A stretch of DNA of 64,000 nucleotides. It comes from Lingula anatina (Eukaryota > Animalia > Brachiopoda). Positions 40,601-54,500 of the stretch are shown in pieces (within the stretch, counting starts at the first letter, position 1; every line of letters starts with the position of its first letter). The translations under genes and the position numbers were made by a program. Under the pieces are notes generated by a model that was given only the letters and a program-made list of their open reading frames with translations, was not told the DNA's origin and did not search any database. The stretch spans positions 13,698,587-13,762,586 of the forward strand of contig CM120648.1 in NCBI GenBank assembly GCA_051362555.1, read 5' to 3'.

Positions 40601-43600
40601 AAATACACTTAGATTAAACACAGGGATGTGATAAGCTTTTCTCAGATTTTTATTGTTGTAAAGCATCATTTGTACAAGTTTCACAAAGATTGGACCACAT
40701 TTGTCCAAATTATTAACATTTAACTATTTTATTCCATGGAATTTTTCCTTTTTCTAGGTAAACCTTCCATTGCAGCCTTGTGGCTTCTTGGTTGACAGAC
40801 TCTTCCTGTCTCTTTATGGCTAATGTCTATAGAACAAAAAAGGCATTGAAAGACAACATCAGGAGCAGTGCTCTTTCTCATCCATGTGTGCAATACATGA
40901 TATGTGGCAAGATTAAGGACATGGTCAAATGGTGTGCTTACAGTCCAATTCCAGAAACCCACTGTAAGGATGAGTCTGCATCTGGTATTGGTAGTAAGGA
41001 GAAGTCTTGATTGGGTATATGTTGTTTTTCAGAGAACAATAATAGGTAATTTGCCAGTTCCTACACAAACCAACACAAGTCATCACATATATTGTTTTAT
41101 TTGAGATAAAATGATTTATTGTAATATTGAAATATTTGTTTTCGTAAGTTCCCACTCTTCTTATATGAATTGGCAATAAAATACATTTAAATTAAATACA
41201 GGGATGTGATAAGCTTTTCTCAGATTTTTATTGTTGTAAAGCATCATTTGTACAAATTTCACAAAGATTGGACCACATTTGTCCAAATTATTAACGTTTA
41301 ACTATTTTGATCCATGGAATTTGCCATTGTTTCAATGTAATTTTTAGTTTTCTCGAATATATTGTCCGAAAGATGGTTTTCATTACACACAGTCAACTGA
41401 TAAACTTATCTCAGATTTTTATTGTTATTAGGCATCATTTATACCAATTTCACAAACATTGGACCAGATTTGTGAAAATTATTAACATTTAACTATTTTA
41501 TTCCATGGAATTTTTCCTTTTTCCAGGTAAACCTTCCATTGCAGCCTTGTGGCTTCTTGGTTGACAGACTCTTACTGTCTCTTTATGGCTAATGCCTATA
41601 GAAAAAAACAGGCATTGAAAGACAACATCAGAAGCAGTGCTCTGTCTCATCCATGTGTGCAATACATGATATGTGGCAAGATTAAGGACATGGTCAAATG
41701 GTGTGCTAACAGTCCAATTCCGGAAACCCACTGTAAGGATGAGTCTGCATCTGGTATTGGTAGTAAGGAGAAGTCTTGATTGGGTATATGTTGTTTTTCA
41801 GAGAACAATAATAGGTAATTTGCCAGTTCCTACACAAACAAACACAAGTCATCACATTTGTTGTTTTATTTGAGATATAATGATTTATTGAAATATTGAA
41901 ATATTTGTTTTTCGTAAGTTCTCACTCTTCTGAAATGAATTGGCAATAACATACACTTAGATTAAACACAGGGATGTGATAAGCTTTTCTCAGATTTTTA
42001 TTATTGTAAAGCATCATTTGTACAAATTTCACAAAGATTGGACCACATTTGTCCAAATTATTAACGTTTAACTATTTTGATCCATGGAATTTGCCATTGT
42101 TTTCAATGTAATTTTTAGTTTTCTCGCATATATTGTCCGAAAAATGGTTTTGATTACACACAGTCAACTGATAATCTTATCTCAGATTTTTATTGTTATT
42201 AGGCCTCATTTACACAAATTTCACAAACATTGGACCAGATTTGTGAAAATTATTAACATTTAACTATTTTATTCCATGGAATTTTTCCTTTTTCCAGGTA
42301 AACCTTCCATTGCAGCCTTGTGGCTTCTTGGTTGACAGACTCTTCCTGTCTCTTTATGGCTAATGCCTATAGAAAAAAACAGGCATTGAAAGACAACATC
42401 AGAAGCAGTGCTCTGTCTCATTCATGTGTGCAATACATGATATGTGGCAAGATTAAGGACATGGTCAAATGGTGTGCTAACAGTCCAATTCCAGAAACCC
42501 ACTGTAAGGATGAGTCTGCATCTGGTATTGGTAGTAAGGAGAAGTCTTGATTGGGTATATGTTGTTTTTCAGAGAACAATAATAGGTAATTTGCCAGTTC
42601 CTACACAAACAAACACAAGTCATCACATTTGTTGTTTTATTTGAGATATAATGATTTATTGAAATATTGAAATATTTGTTTTTCGTAAGTTCTCACTCTT
42701 CTGAAATGAATTGGCAATAACATACACTTAGATTAAACACAGGGATGTGATAAGCTTTTCTCAGATTTTTATTGTTGTAAAGCATCATTTGTACAAATTT
42801 CACAAAGATTGGACCACATTTGTCCAAATTATTAACGTTTAACTATTTTGATCCATGGAATTTGCCATTGTTTTCAATGTAATTTTTAGTTTTCTCAAAT
42901 ATATTGTCCGAAAAATGGTTTTGATTACACACAGTCAACTGATAATCTTATCTCAGATTTTTATTGTTATTAGGCATCATTTACACAAATTTCACAAACA
43001 TTGGACCAGATTTGTGAAAATTATTAATGTTTAACTATTTTATTCCATGGAATTTTCCCTTTTTCCAGGTAAGTCTTCCATTGCAGCCTTGTGGCTTCTT
43101 GGTTGACAGACTCTACCTGTCTCTTCATGGCTAATGTCTATAGAACAAAAAAGGCATTGAAAGACAACATCAGGAGCAGTGCTCTTTCTCATCCATGTGT
43201 GCAATACATGATATGTGGCAAGATTAAGGACATGGTCAAATGGTGTGCTTACAGTCCGATTCCAGAAACCCACTGTAAGGATGAGTCTGCATCTTGTATT
43301 GGTAGTAAGGAGAAGTCTTGATTGGGTATATGTTGTTTTTCAGAGAACAATAATAGGTTATTAACCACTTCCTACACAAACCAACACAAGTCATCACATT
43401 TGTTGTTTTATTAGAGATAAAATGATTTATTGAAATATTGAAATATTTGTTTTCTGTAAGTTTCCACTCTTCTGATATGAATTGGCAGTAAAAAACACTT
43501 AAATTAAACACAGGGATGTGATAAGCTTTTCTCAGATTTTTATTGTTGTAAAGCATCATTTGTACAAATTTCACAAAGATTGTTTTCAATGTAATTTTTA

Positions 43601-46600
43601 GTTTTCTCGAATATATTGTCCGAAAAATGGTTTTGATTACACACAGTCAACTGATAATCTTATCTCAGATTTTTATTGTTATTAGGCATCATTTATACCA
43701 ATTTCATAAACATTGGACCAGATTTGTGAAAATTATTAACATTTAAATATTTTATTCCATGGAATTTTTCCTTTTTCCAGGTAAACCTTCCATTGCAGCC
43801 TTGTGGCTTTTTGGTTGACAGACTCTTCCTGTCTCTTTATGGCTAATGTCTATAGAACAAAAAAGGCATTGAAAGACAACATCAGGAGCAGTGCTCTTTC
43901 TCATCCATGTGTGCAATACATGATATGTGGCAAGATTAAGGACATGGTCAAATGGTGTGCTAACAGTCCGATTCCAGAAACCCACTGAAGGATGAGTCTG
44001 CATCTGGTATTGGTAGTAAGATTGTTATTAGGCATCATTTATACCAATTTCACAAACATTGGACCAGATTTGTGAAAATTATTAACATTTAACTATTTTA
44101 TTCCATGGAATTTTTCCTTTTTCCAGGTAAACCTTCCATTGCAGCCTTGTGGCTTCTTGGTTGACAGACTCTTCCTGTCTCTTTATGGCTAATGTCTATA
44201 GAACAAAAAAGGCATTGAAAGACAACATCAGGAGCAGTGCTCTTTCTCATCCATGTGTGCAATACATGATATGTGGCAAGATTAAGGACATGGTCAAATG
44301 GTGAGCTTACAGTCCAATTCCAGAAACCCACTCTAAGGATGAGTCTGCATCTTGTATTGGTAGTAAGGAGAAGTCTTGATTGGGTATATGTTGTTTTTCA
44401 GAGAACAATAATAGGTTATTAACCACTTCCTACACAAACCAACACAAGTCATCACATTTGTTGTTTTATTAGAGATAAAATGATTTATTGAAATATTGAA
44501 ATATTTGTTTTCTGTAAGTTTCCACTCTTCTGATATGAATTGGTAGTAAAAAACACTTAAATTAAACACAGGGATATGATAAGCTTTTCTCAGATTTTTA
44601 TTGTTGTAAAGCATCATTTGTACAAATTTCACAAAGATTGGACCACATTTGTCCAAATTATTAACGTTTAACTATTTTGATCCATGGAATTTGCCATTGT
44701 TTTCAATGTAATTTTTAGTTTTTTCGAATATATTGTCCGAAAAATGGTTTTGATTACACACAGTCAACTGATAATCTTATCTCAGATTTTTATTGTTATT
44801 AGGCATCATTTATACCAATTTCACAAACATTGGACCAGATTTGTGAAAATTATTAACATTTAACTATTTTATTCCATGGAATTTTTCCTTTTTCCAGGTA
44901 AACCTTCCATTGCAGCCTTGTGGCTTCTTGGTTGACAGACTCTTACTGCCTCTTTATGGCTAATGCCTATAGAAAAAAACAGGTATTGAAAGACAACATC
45001 AGGAGCAGTGCTCTGTCTCATCCATGTGTGCAATACATGATATGTGGCAAGATTAAGGACATGGTCAAATGGTGTGCTAACAGTCCAATTCCAGAAACCC
45101 ACTGTAAGGATGAGTCTGCATCTGGTATTGGTAGTAAGGAGAAGTCTTGATTGGGTATATGTTGTTTTTCAGAGAACAATAATAGGTAATTTGCCAGTTC
45201 CTACACAAACAAACACAAGTCATCACATTTGTTGTTTTATTTGAGATATAATGATTTATTGAAATATTGAAATATTTGTTTTTCGTAAGTTCTCACTCTT
45301 CTGAAATGAATTGGCAATAACATACACTTAGATTAAACACAGGGATGTGATAAGCTTTTCTCAGATTTTTATTATTGTAAAGCATCATTTGTACAAATTT
45401 CACAAAGATTGGACCACATTTGTCCAAATTATTAACGTTTAACTATTTTGATCCATGGAATTTGCCATTGTTTTCAATGTAATTTTTAGTTTTCTCGCAT
45501 ATATTGTCCAAAAAATGGTTTTGATTACACACAGTCAACTGATAATCTTATCTGAGATTTTTACTGTTATTAGGCATCATTTACACAAATTTCACAAACA
45601 TTGGACCAGATTTGTGAAAATTATTAACATTTAACTATTTTATTCCATGGAATTTTTCCTTTTTCCAGGTAAACCTTCCATTGCAGCCTTGTGGCTTCTT
45701 GGTTGACAGACTCTTACTGCCTCTTTATGGCTTATGCCTATAGAAAAAAACAGGCATTGAAAGACAACATCAGAAGCAGTGCTCTGTCTCATCCATGTGT
45801 GCAATACATGATATGTGGCAAGATTAAGGACATGGTCAAATGGTGTGCTAACAGTCCAATTCCAGAAACCCACTGTAAGGATGAGTCTGCATCTGGTATT
45901 GGTAGTAAGGAGAAGTCTTGATTGGGTATATGTTGTTTTTCAGAGAACAATAATAGGTAATTTGCCAGTTCCTACACAAACAAACACAAGTCATCACATT
46001 TGTTGTTTTATTTGAGATATAATGATTTATTGAAATATTGAAATATTTGTTTTTCGTAAGTTCTCACTCTTCTGAAATGAATTGGCAATAACATACACTT
46101 AGATTAAACACAGGGATGTGATAAGCTTTTCTCAGATTTTTATTATTGTAAAGCATCATTTGTACAAATTTCACAAAGATTGGACCACATTTGTCCAAAT
46201 TATTAACGTTTAACTATTTTGATCCATGGAATTTGCCATTGTTTTCAATGTAATTTTTAGTTTTCTCGCATATATTGTCCGAAAAATGGTTTTGATTACA
46301 CACAGTCAACTGATAATCTTATCTCAGATTTTTATTGTTATTAGGCATCATTTACACAAATTTCACAAACATTGGACCAGATTTGTGAAAATTATTAACA
46401 TTTAACTATTTTATTCCATGGAATTTTTCCTTTTTCCAGGTAAACCTTCCATTGCAGCCTTGTGGCTTCTTGGTTGACAGACTCTTCCTGTCTCTTTATG
46501 GCTAATGTCTATAGAACAAAAAAGGCATTGAAAGACAACATCAGGAGCAGTGCTCTTTCTCATCCATGTGTGCAATACATGATATGTGGCAAGATTAAGG

Positions 46601-48530
46601 ACATGGTCAAATGGTGTGCTAACAGTCCAATTCCAGAAACCCACTGTAAGGATGAGTCTGCATCTGGTATTGGTAGTAAGGAGAAGTCTTGATTGGGTAT
46701 ATGTTGTTTTTCAGAAAACAATAATAGGTAATTTGCCAGTTCCTACACAAACAAACACAAGTCATCACATTTGTTGTTTTATTTGAGATAAAATGATTTA
46801 TTGAAATATTGAAATATTTGTTTTTTTTTGTAAGTTCTCACTCTTCTGATATGAATTGGCAATAAAATACACTTAGATTAAACACAGGGATGTGATAAGC
46901 TTTTCTCAGATTTTTATTGTTGTAAAGCATCATTTGTACAAGTTTCACAAAGATTGGACCACATTTGTCCAAATTATTAACATTTAACTATTTTATTCCA
47001 TGGAATTTTTCCTTTTTCTAGGTAAACCTTCCATTGCAGCCTTGTGGCTTCTTGGTTGACAGACTCTTCCTGTCTCTTTATGGCTAATGTCTATAGAACA
47101 AAAAAGGCATTGAAAGACAACATCAGGAGCAGTGCTCTTTCTCATCCATGTGTGCAATACATGATATGTGGCAAGATTAAGGACATGGTCAAATGGTGTG
47201 CTTACAGTCCAATTCCAGAAACCCACTGTAAGGATGAGTCTGCATCTGGTATTGGTAGTAAGGAGAAGTCTTGATTGGGTATATGTTGTTTTTCAGAGAA
47301 CAATAATAGGTAATTTGCCAGTTCCTACACAAACCAACACAAGTCATCACATATATTGTTTTATTTGAGATAAAATGATTTATTGTAATATTGAAATATT
47401 TGTTTTCGTAAGTTCCCACTCTTCTTATATGAATTGGCAATAAAATACATTTAAATTAAATACAGGGATGTGATAAGCTTTTCTCAGATTTTTATTGTTG
47501 TAAAGCATCATTTGTACAAATTTCACAAAGATTGGACCACATTTGTCCAAATTATTAACGTTTAACTATTTTGATCCATGGAATTTGCCATTGTTTCAAT
47601 GTAATTTTTAGTTTTCTCGAATATATTGTCCGAAAGATGGTTTTCATTACACACAGTCAACTGATAAACTTATCTCAGATTTTTATTGTTATTAGGCATC
47701 ATTTATACCAATTTCACAAACATTGGACCAGATTTGTGAAAATTATTAACATTTAACTATTTTATTCCATGGAATTTTTCCTTTTTCCAGGTAAACCTTC
47801 CATTGCAGCCTTGTGGCTTCTTGGTTGACAGACTCTTACTGTCTCTTTATGGCTAATGCCTATAGAAAAAAACAGGCATTGAAAGACAACATCAGAAGCA
47901 GTGCTCTGTCTCATCCATGTGTGCAATACATGATATGTGGCAAGATTAAGGACATGGTCAAATGGTGTGCTAACAGTCCAATTCCGGAAACCCACTGTAA
48001 GGATGAGTCTGCATCTGGTATTGGTAGTAAGGAGAAGTCTTGATTGGGTATATGTTGTTTTTCAGAGAACAATAATAGGTAATTTGCCAGTTCCTACACA
48101 AACAAACACAAGTCATCACATTTGTTGTTTTATTTGAGATATAATGATTTATTGAAATATTGAAATATTTGTTTTTCGTAAGTTCTCACTCTTCTGAAAT
48201 GAATTGGCAATAACATACACTTAGATTAAACACAGGGATGTGATAAGCTTTTCTCAGATTTTTATTATTGTAAAGCATCATTTGTACAAATTTCACAAAG
48301 ATTGGACCACATTTGTCCAAATTATTAATGTTTAACTATTTTGATCCATGGAATTTGCCATTGTTTTCAATGTAATTTTTAGTTTTCTCGCATATATTGT
48401 CCGAAAAATGGTTTTAATTACACACAGTCAACTGATAATCTTATCTCAGATTTTTATTGTTATTAGGCCTCATTTACACAAATTTCACAAACATTGGACC
48501 AGATTTGTGAAAATTATTAACATTTAACTA
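25699..48530 (+). repeat. Large higher-order repeats (14-, 10- and 9-monomer periods: 10307, 7034, 6264 bp)
   Basis: A diagnostic pair of 712-bp + 346-bp deleted monomers starts at 25699, 36006 and 43040; a 582-bp monomer starts at 40147 and 46411. Confidence 0.92.
29070..33700 (+). repeat. Trimeric higher-order repeat (~2310-2314 bp) nested in the first large HOR
   Basis: Variant-matched pairs 29070/31384, 29840/32154 (GGTACAC) and 30614/32924. Confidence 0.85.
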
Positions 48531-51500
48531 TTTTATTCCATGGAATTTTTCCTTTTTCCAGGTAAACCTTCCATTGCAGCCTTGTGGCTTCTTGGTTGAC
48601 AGACTCTTCCTGTCTCTTTATGGCTAATGCCTATAGAAAAAAACAGGCATTGAAAGACAACATCAGAAGCAGTGCTCTCTCTCATCCATGTGTGCAATAC
48701 ATGATATGTGGCAAGATTAAGGACATGGTCAAATGGTGTGCTAACAGTCCAATTCCAGAAACCCACTGTAAGGATGAGTCTGCATCTGGTATTGGTAGTA
48801 AGGAGAAGTCTTGATTGGGTATATGTTGTTTTTCAGAGAACAATAATAGGTAATTTGCCAGTTCCTACACAAACAAACACAAGTCATCACATTTGTTGTT
48901 TTATTTGAGATATAATGATTTATTGAAATATTGAAATATTTGTTTTTCGTAAGTTCTCACTCTTCTGAAATGAATTGGCAATAACATACACTTAGATTAA
49001 ACACAGGGATGTGATAAGCTTTTCTCAGATTTTTATTATTGTAAAGCATCATTTGTACAAATTTCACAAAGATTGGACCACATTTGTCCAAATTATTAAC
49101 GTTTAACTATTTTGATCCATGGAATTTGCCATTGTTTTCAATGTAATTTTTAGTTTTCTCGCATATATTGTCCGAAAAATGGTTTTGATTACACACAGTC
49201 AACTGATAATCTTATCTCAGATTTTTATTGTTATTAGGCCTCATTTACACAAATTTCACAAACATTGGACCAGATTTGTGAAAATTATTAACATTTAACT
49301 ATTTTATTCCATGGAATTTTTCCTTTTTCCAGGTAAACCTTCCATTGCAGCCTTGTGGCTTCTTGGTTGACAGACTCTTCCTGTCTCTTTATGGCTAATG
49401 CCTATAGAAAAAAACAGGCATTGAAAGACAACATCAGAAGCAGTGCTCTGTCTCATCCATGTGTGCAATACATGATATGTGGCAAGATTAAGGACATGGT
49501 CAAATGGTGTGCTAACAGTCCAATTCCAGAAACCCACTGTAAGGATGAGTCTGCATCTGGTATTGGTAGTAAGGAGAAGTCTTGATTGGGTATATGTTGT
49601 TTTTCAGAGAACAATAATAGGTAATTTGCCAGTTCCTACACAAACAAACACAAGTCATCACATTTGTTGTTTTATTTGAGATATAATGATTTATTGAAAT
49701 ATTGAAATATTTGTTTTTCGTAAGTTCTCACTCTTCTGAAATGAATTGGCAATAACATACACTTAGATTAAACACAGGGATGTGATAAGCTTTTCTCAGA
49801 TTTTTATTATTGTAAAGCATCATTTGTACAAATTTCACAAAGATTGGACCACATTTGTCCAAATTATTAACGTTTAACTATTTTGATCCATGGAATTTGC
49901 CATTGTTTTCAATGTAATTTTTAGTTTTCTCGCATATATTGTCCGAAAAATGGTTTTGATTACACACAGTCAACTGATAATCTTATCTCAGATTTTTATT
50001 GTTATTAGGCATCATTTACACAAATTTCACAAACATTGGACCAGATTTGTGAAAATTATTAACATTTAACTATTTTATTCCATGGAATTTTTCCTTTTTC
50101 CAGGTAAACCTTCCATTGCAGCCTTGTGGCTTCTTGGTTGACAGACTCTTCCTGTCTCTTTATGGCTAATGCCTATAGAAAAAAACAGGCATTGAAAGAC
50201 AACATCAGAAGCAGTGCTCTTTCTCATCCATGTGTGCAATACATGATATGTGGGAAGATTAAGGACATGGTCAAATGGTGTGCTAACAGTCCAATTCCAG
50301 AAACCCACTGTAAGGATGAGTCTGCATCTGGTATTGGTAGTAAGGAGAAGTCTTGATTGGGTATATGTTGTTTTTCAGAGAACAATAATAGGTAATTTGC
50401 CACTTCCTACACAAACAAACACAAGTCATCACATTTGTTGTTTTATTTGAGATAAAATGATTTATTGTAATATTGAAATATTTGTTTTCGTAAGTTCCCA
50501 CTCTTCTTATATGAATTGGCAATAAAATACATTTAAATTAAATACAGGGATGTGATAAGCTTTTCTCAGATTTTTATTGTTGTAAAGCATCATTTGTACA
50601 AATTTCACAAAGATTGGACCACATTTGTCCAAATTATTAACGTTTAACTATTTTGATCCATGGAATTTGCCATTGTTTTCAATGTAATTTTTAGTTTTCT
50701 CGAATATATTGTCCGAAAAATGGTTTTCATTACACACAGTCAACTGATAACCTTATCTCAGATTTTTATTGTTATTAGGCATCATTTATACCAATTTCAC
50801 AAACATTGGACCAGATTTATGAAAATTATTAACATTTAACTATGTTATTCCATGGAATTTTTCCTTTTTCCAGGTAAACCTTCCATTGCAGCCTTGTGGC
50901 TTCTTGGTTGACAGACTCTTCCTGTCTCTTTATGGCTAATGCCTATAGAAAAAAACAGGCATTGAAAGACAACATCAGAAGCAGTGCTCTGTCTCATCCA
51001 TGTGTGCAATACATGATATGTGGCAAGATTAAGGACATGGTCAAATGGTGTGCTAACAGTCCAATTCCAGAAACCCACTGTAAGGATGAGTCTGCATCTG
51101 GTATTGGTAGTAAGGAGAAGTCTTGATTGGGTATATGTTGTTTTTCAGAGAACAATAATAGGTAATTTGCCAGTTCCTACACAAACAAACACAAGTCATC
51201 ACATTTGTTGTTTTATTTGAGATATAATGATTTATTGAAATATTGAAATATTTGTTTTTCGTAAGTTCTCACTCTTCTGAAATGAATTGGCAATAACATA
51301 CACTTAGATTAAACACAGGGATGTGATAAGCTTTTCTCAGATTTTTATTATTGTAAAGCATCATTTGTACAAATTTCACAAAGATTGGACCACATTTGTC
51401 CAAATTATTAACGTTTAACTATTTTGATCCATGGAATTTGCCATTGTTTTCAATGTAATTTTTAGTTTTCTCGCATATATTGTCCGAAAAATGGTTTTGA

Positions 51501-54500
51501 TTACACACAGTCAACTGATAATCTTATCTCAGATTTTTATTGTTATTAGGCATCATTTACACAAATTTCACAAACATTGGACCAGATTTGTGAAAATTAT
51601 TAACATTTAACTATTTTATTCCATGGAATTTTTCCTTTTTCCAGGTAAACCTTCCATTGCAGCCTTGTGGCTTCTTGGTTGACAGACTCTTCCTGTCTCT
51701 TTATGGCTAATGCCTATAGAAAAAAACAGGCATTGAAAGACAACATCAGAAGCAGTGCTCTGTCTCATCCATGTGTGCAATACATGATATGTGGCAAGAT
51801 TAAGGACATGGTCAAATGGTGTGCTAACAGTCCAATTCCAGAAACCCACTGTAAGGATGAGTCTGCATCTGGTATTGGTAGTAAGGAGAAGTCTTGATTG
51901 GGTATATGTTGTTTTTCAGAGAACAATAATAGGTAATTTGCCAGTTCCTACACAAACAAACACAAGTCATCACATTTGTTGTTTTATTTGAGATATAATG
52001 ATTTATTGAAATATTGAAATATTTGTTTTTCGTAAGTTCTCACTCTTCTGAAATGAATTGGCAATAACATACACTTAGATTAAACACAGGGATGTGATAA
52101 GCTTTTCTCAGATTTTTATTATTGTAAAGCATCATTTGTACAAATTTCACAAAGATTGGACCACATTTGTCCAAATTATTAACGTTTAACTATTTTGATC
52201 CATGGAATTTGCCATTGTTTTCAATGTAATTTTTAGTTTTCTCGCATATATTGTCCGAAAAATGGTTTTGATTACACACAGTCAACTGATAATCTTATCT
52301 CAGATTTTTATTGTTATTAGGCATCATTTACACAAATTTCACAAACATTGGACCAGATTTGTGAAAATTATTAACATTTAACTATTTTATTCCATGGAAT
52401 TTTTCCTTTTTCCAGGTAAACCTTCCATTGCAGCCTTGTGGCTTCTTGGTTGACAGACTCTTCCTGTCTCTTTATGGCTAATGCCTATAGAAAAAAACAG
52501 GCATTGAAAGACAACATCAGAAGCAGTGCTCTGTCTCATCCATGTGTGCAATACATGATATGTGGCAAGATTAAGGACATGGTCAAATGGTGTGCTAACA
52601 GTCCAATTCCAGAAACCCACTGTAAGGATGAGTCTGCATCTGGTATTGGTAGTAAGGAGAAGTCTTGATTGGGTATATGTTGTTTTTCAGAGAACAATAA
52701 TAGGTAATTTGCCAGTTCCTACACAAACAAACACAAGTCATCACATTTGTTGTTTTATTTGAGATATAATGATTTATTGAAATATTGAAATATTTGTTTT
52801 TCGTAAGTTCTCACTCTTCTGAAATGAATTGGCAATAACATACACTTAGATTAAACACAGGGATGTGATAAGCTTTTCTCAGATTTTTATTATTGTAAAG
52901 CATCATTTGTACAAATTTCACAAAGATTGGACCACATTTGTCCAAATTATTAACGTTTAACTATTTTGATCCATGGAATTTGCCATTGTTTTCAATGTAA
53001 TTTTTAGTTTTCTCGCATATATTGTCCGAAAAATGGTTTTGATTACACACAGTCAACTGATAATCTTATCTCAGATTTTTATTGTTATTAGGCATCATTT
53101 ACACAAATTTCACAAACATTGGACCAGATTTGTGAAAATTATTAACATTTAACTATTTTATTCCATGGAATTTTTCCTTTTTCCAGGTAAACCTTCCATT
53201 GCAGCCTTGTGGCTTCTTGGTTGACAGACTCTTCCTGTCTCTTTATGGCTAATGCCTATAGAAAAAAACAGGCATTGAAAGACAACATCAGAAGCAGTGC
53301 TCTTTCTCATCCATGTGTGCAATACATGATATGTGGGAAGATTAAGGACATGGTCAAATGGTGTGCTAACAGTCCAATTCCAGAAACCCACTGTAAGGAT
53401 GAGTCTGCATCTGGTATTGGTAGTAAGGAGAAGTCTTGATTGGGTATATGTTGTTTTTCAGAGAACAATAATAGGTAATTTGCCACTTCCTACACAAACA
53501 AACACAAGTCATTACATTTGTTGTTTTATTTGAGATAAAATGATTTATTGTAATATTGAAATATTTGTTTTCGTAAGTTCCCACTCTTCTTATATGAATT
53601 GGCAATAAAATACATTTAAATTAAATACAGGGATGTGATAAGCTTTTCTCAGATTTTTATTGTTGTAAAGCATCATTTGTACAAATTTCACAAAGATTGG
53701 ACCACATTTGTCCAAATTATTAACGTTTAACTATTTTGATCCATGGAATTTGCCATTGTTTTCAATGTAATTTTTAGTTTTCTCGAATATATTGTCCGAA
53801 AAATGGTTTTCATTACACACAGTCAACTGATAACCTTATCTCAGATTTTTATTGTTATTAGGCATCATTTATACCAATTTCACAAACATTGGACCAGATT
53901 TATGAAAATTATTAACATTTAACTATGTTATTCCATGGAATTTTTCCTTTTTCCAGGTAAACCTTCCATTGCAGCCTTGTGGCTTCTTGGTTGACAGACT
54001 CTTCCTGTCTCTTTATGGCTAATGCCTATAGAAAAAAACAGGCATTGAAAGACAACATCAGAAGCAGTGCTCTGTCTCATCCATGTGTGCAATACATGAT
54101 ATGTGGCAAGATTAAGGACATGGTCAAATGGTGTGCTAACAGTCCAATTCCAGAAACCCACTGTAAGGATGAGTCTGCATCTGGTATTGGTAGTAAGGAG
54201 AAGTCTTGATTGGGTATATGTTGTTTTTCAGAGAACAATAATAGGTAATTTGCCAGTTCCTACACAAACAAACACAAGTCATCACATTTGTTGTTTTATT
54301 TGAGATATAATGATTTATTGAAATATTGAAATATTTGTTTTTCGTAAGTTCTCACTCTTCTGAAATGAATTGGCAATAACATACACTTAGATTAAACACA
54401 GGGATGTGATAAGCTTTTCTCAGATTTTTATTATTGTAAAGCATCATTTGTACAAATTTCACAAAGATTGGACCACATTTGTCCAAATTATTAACGTTTA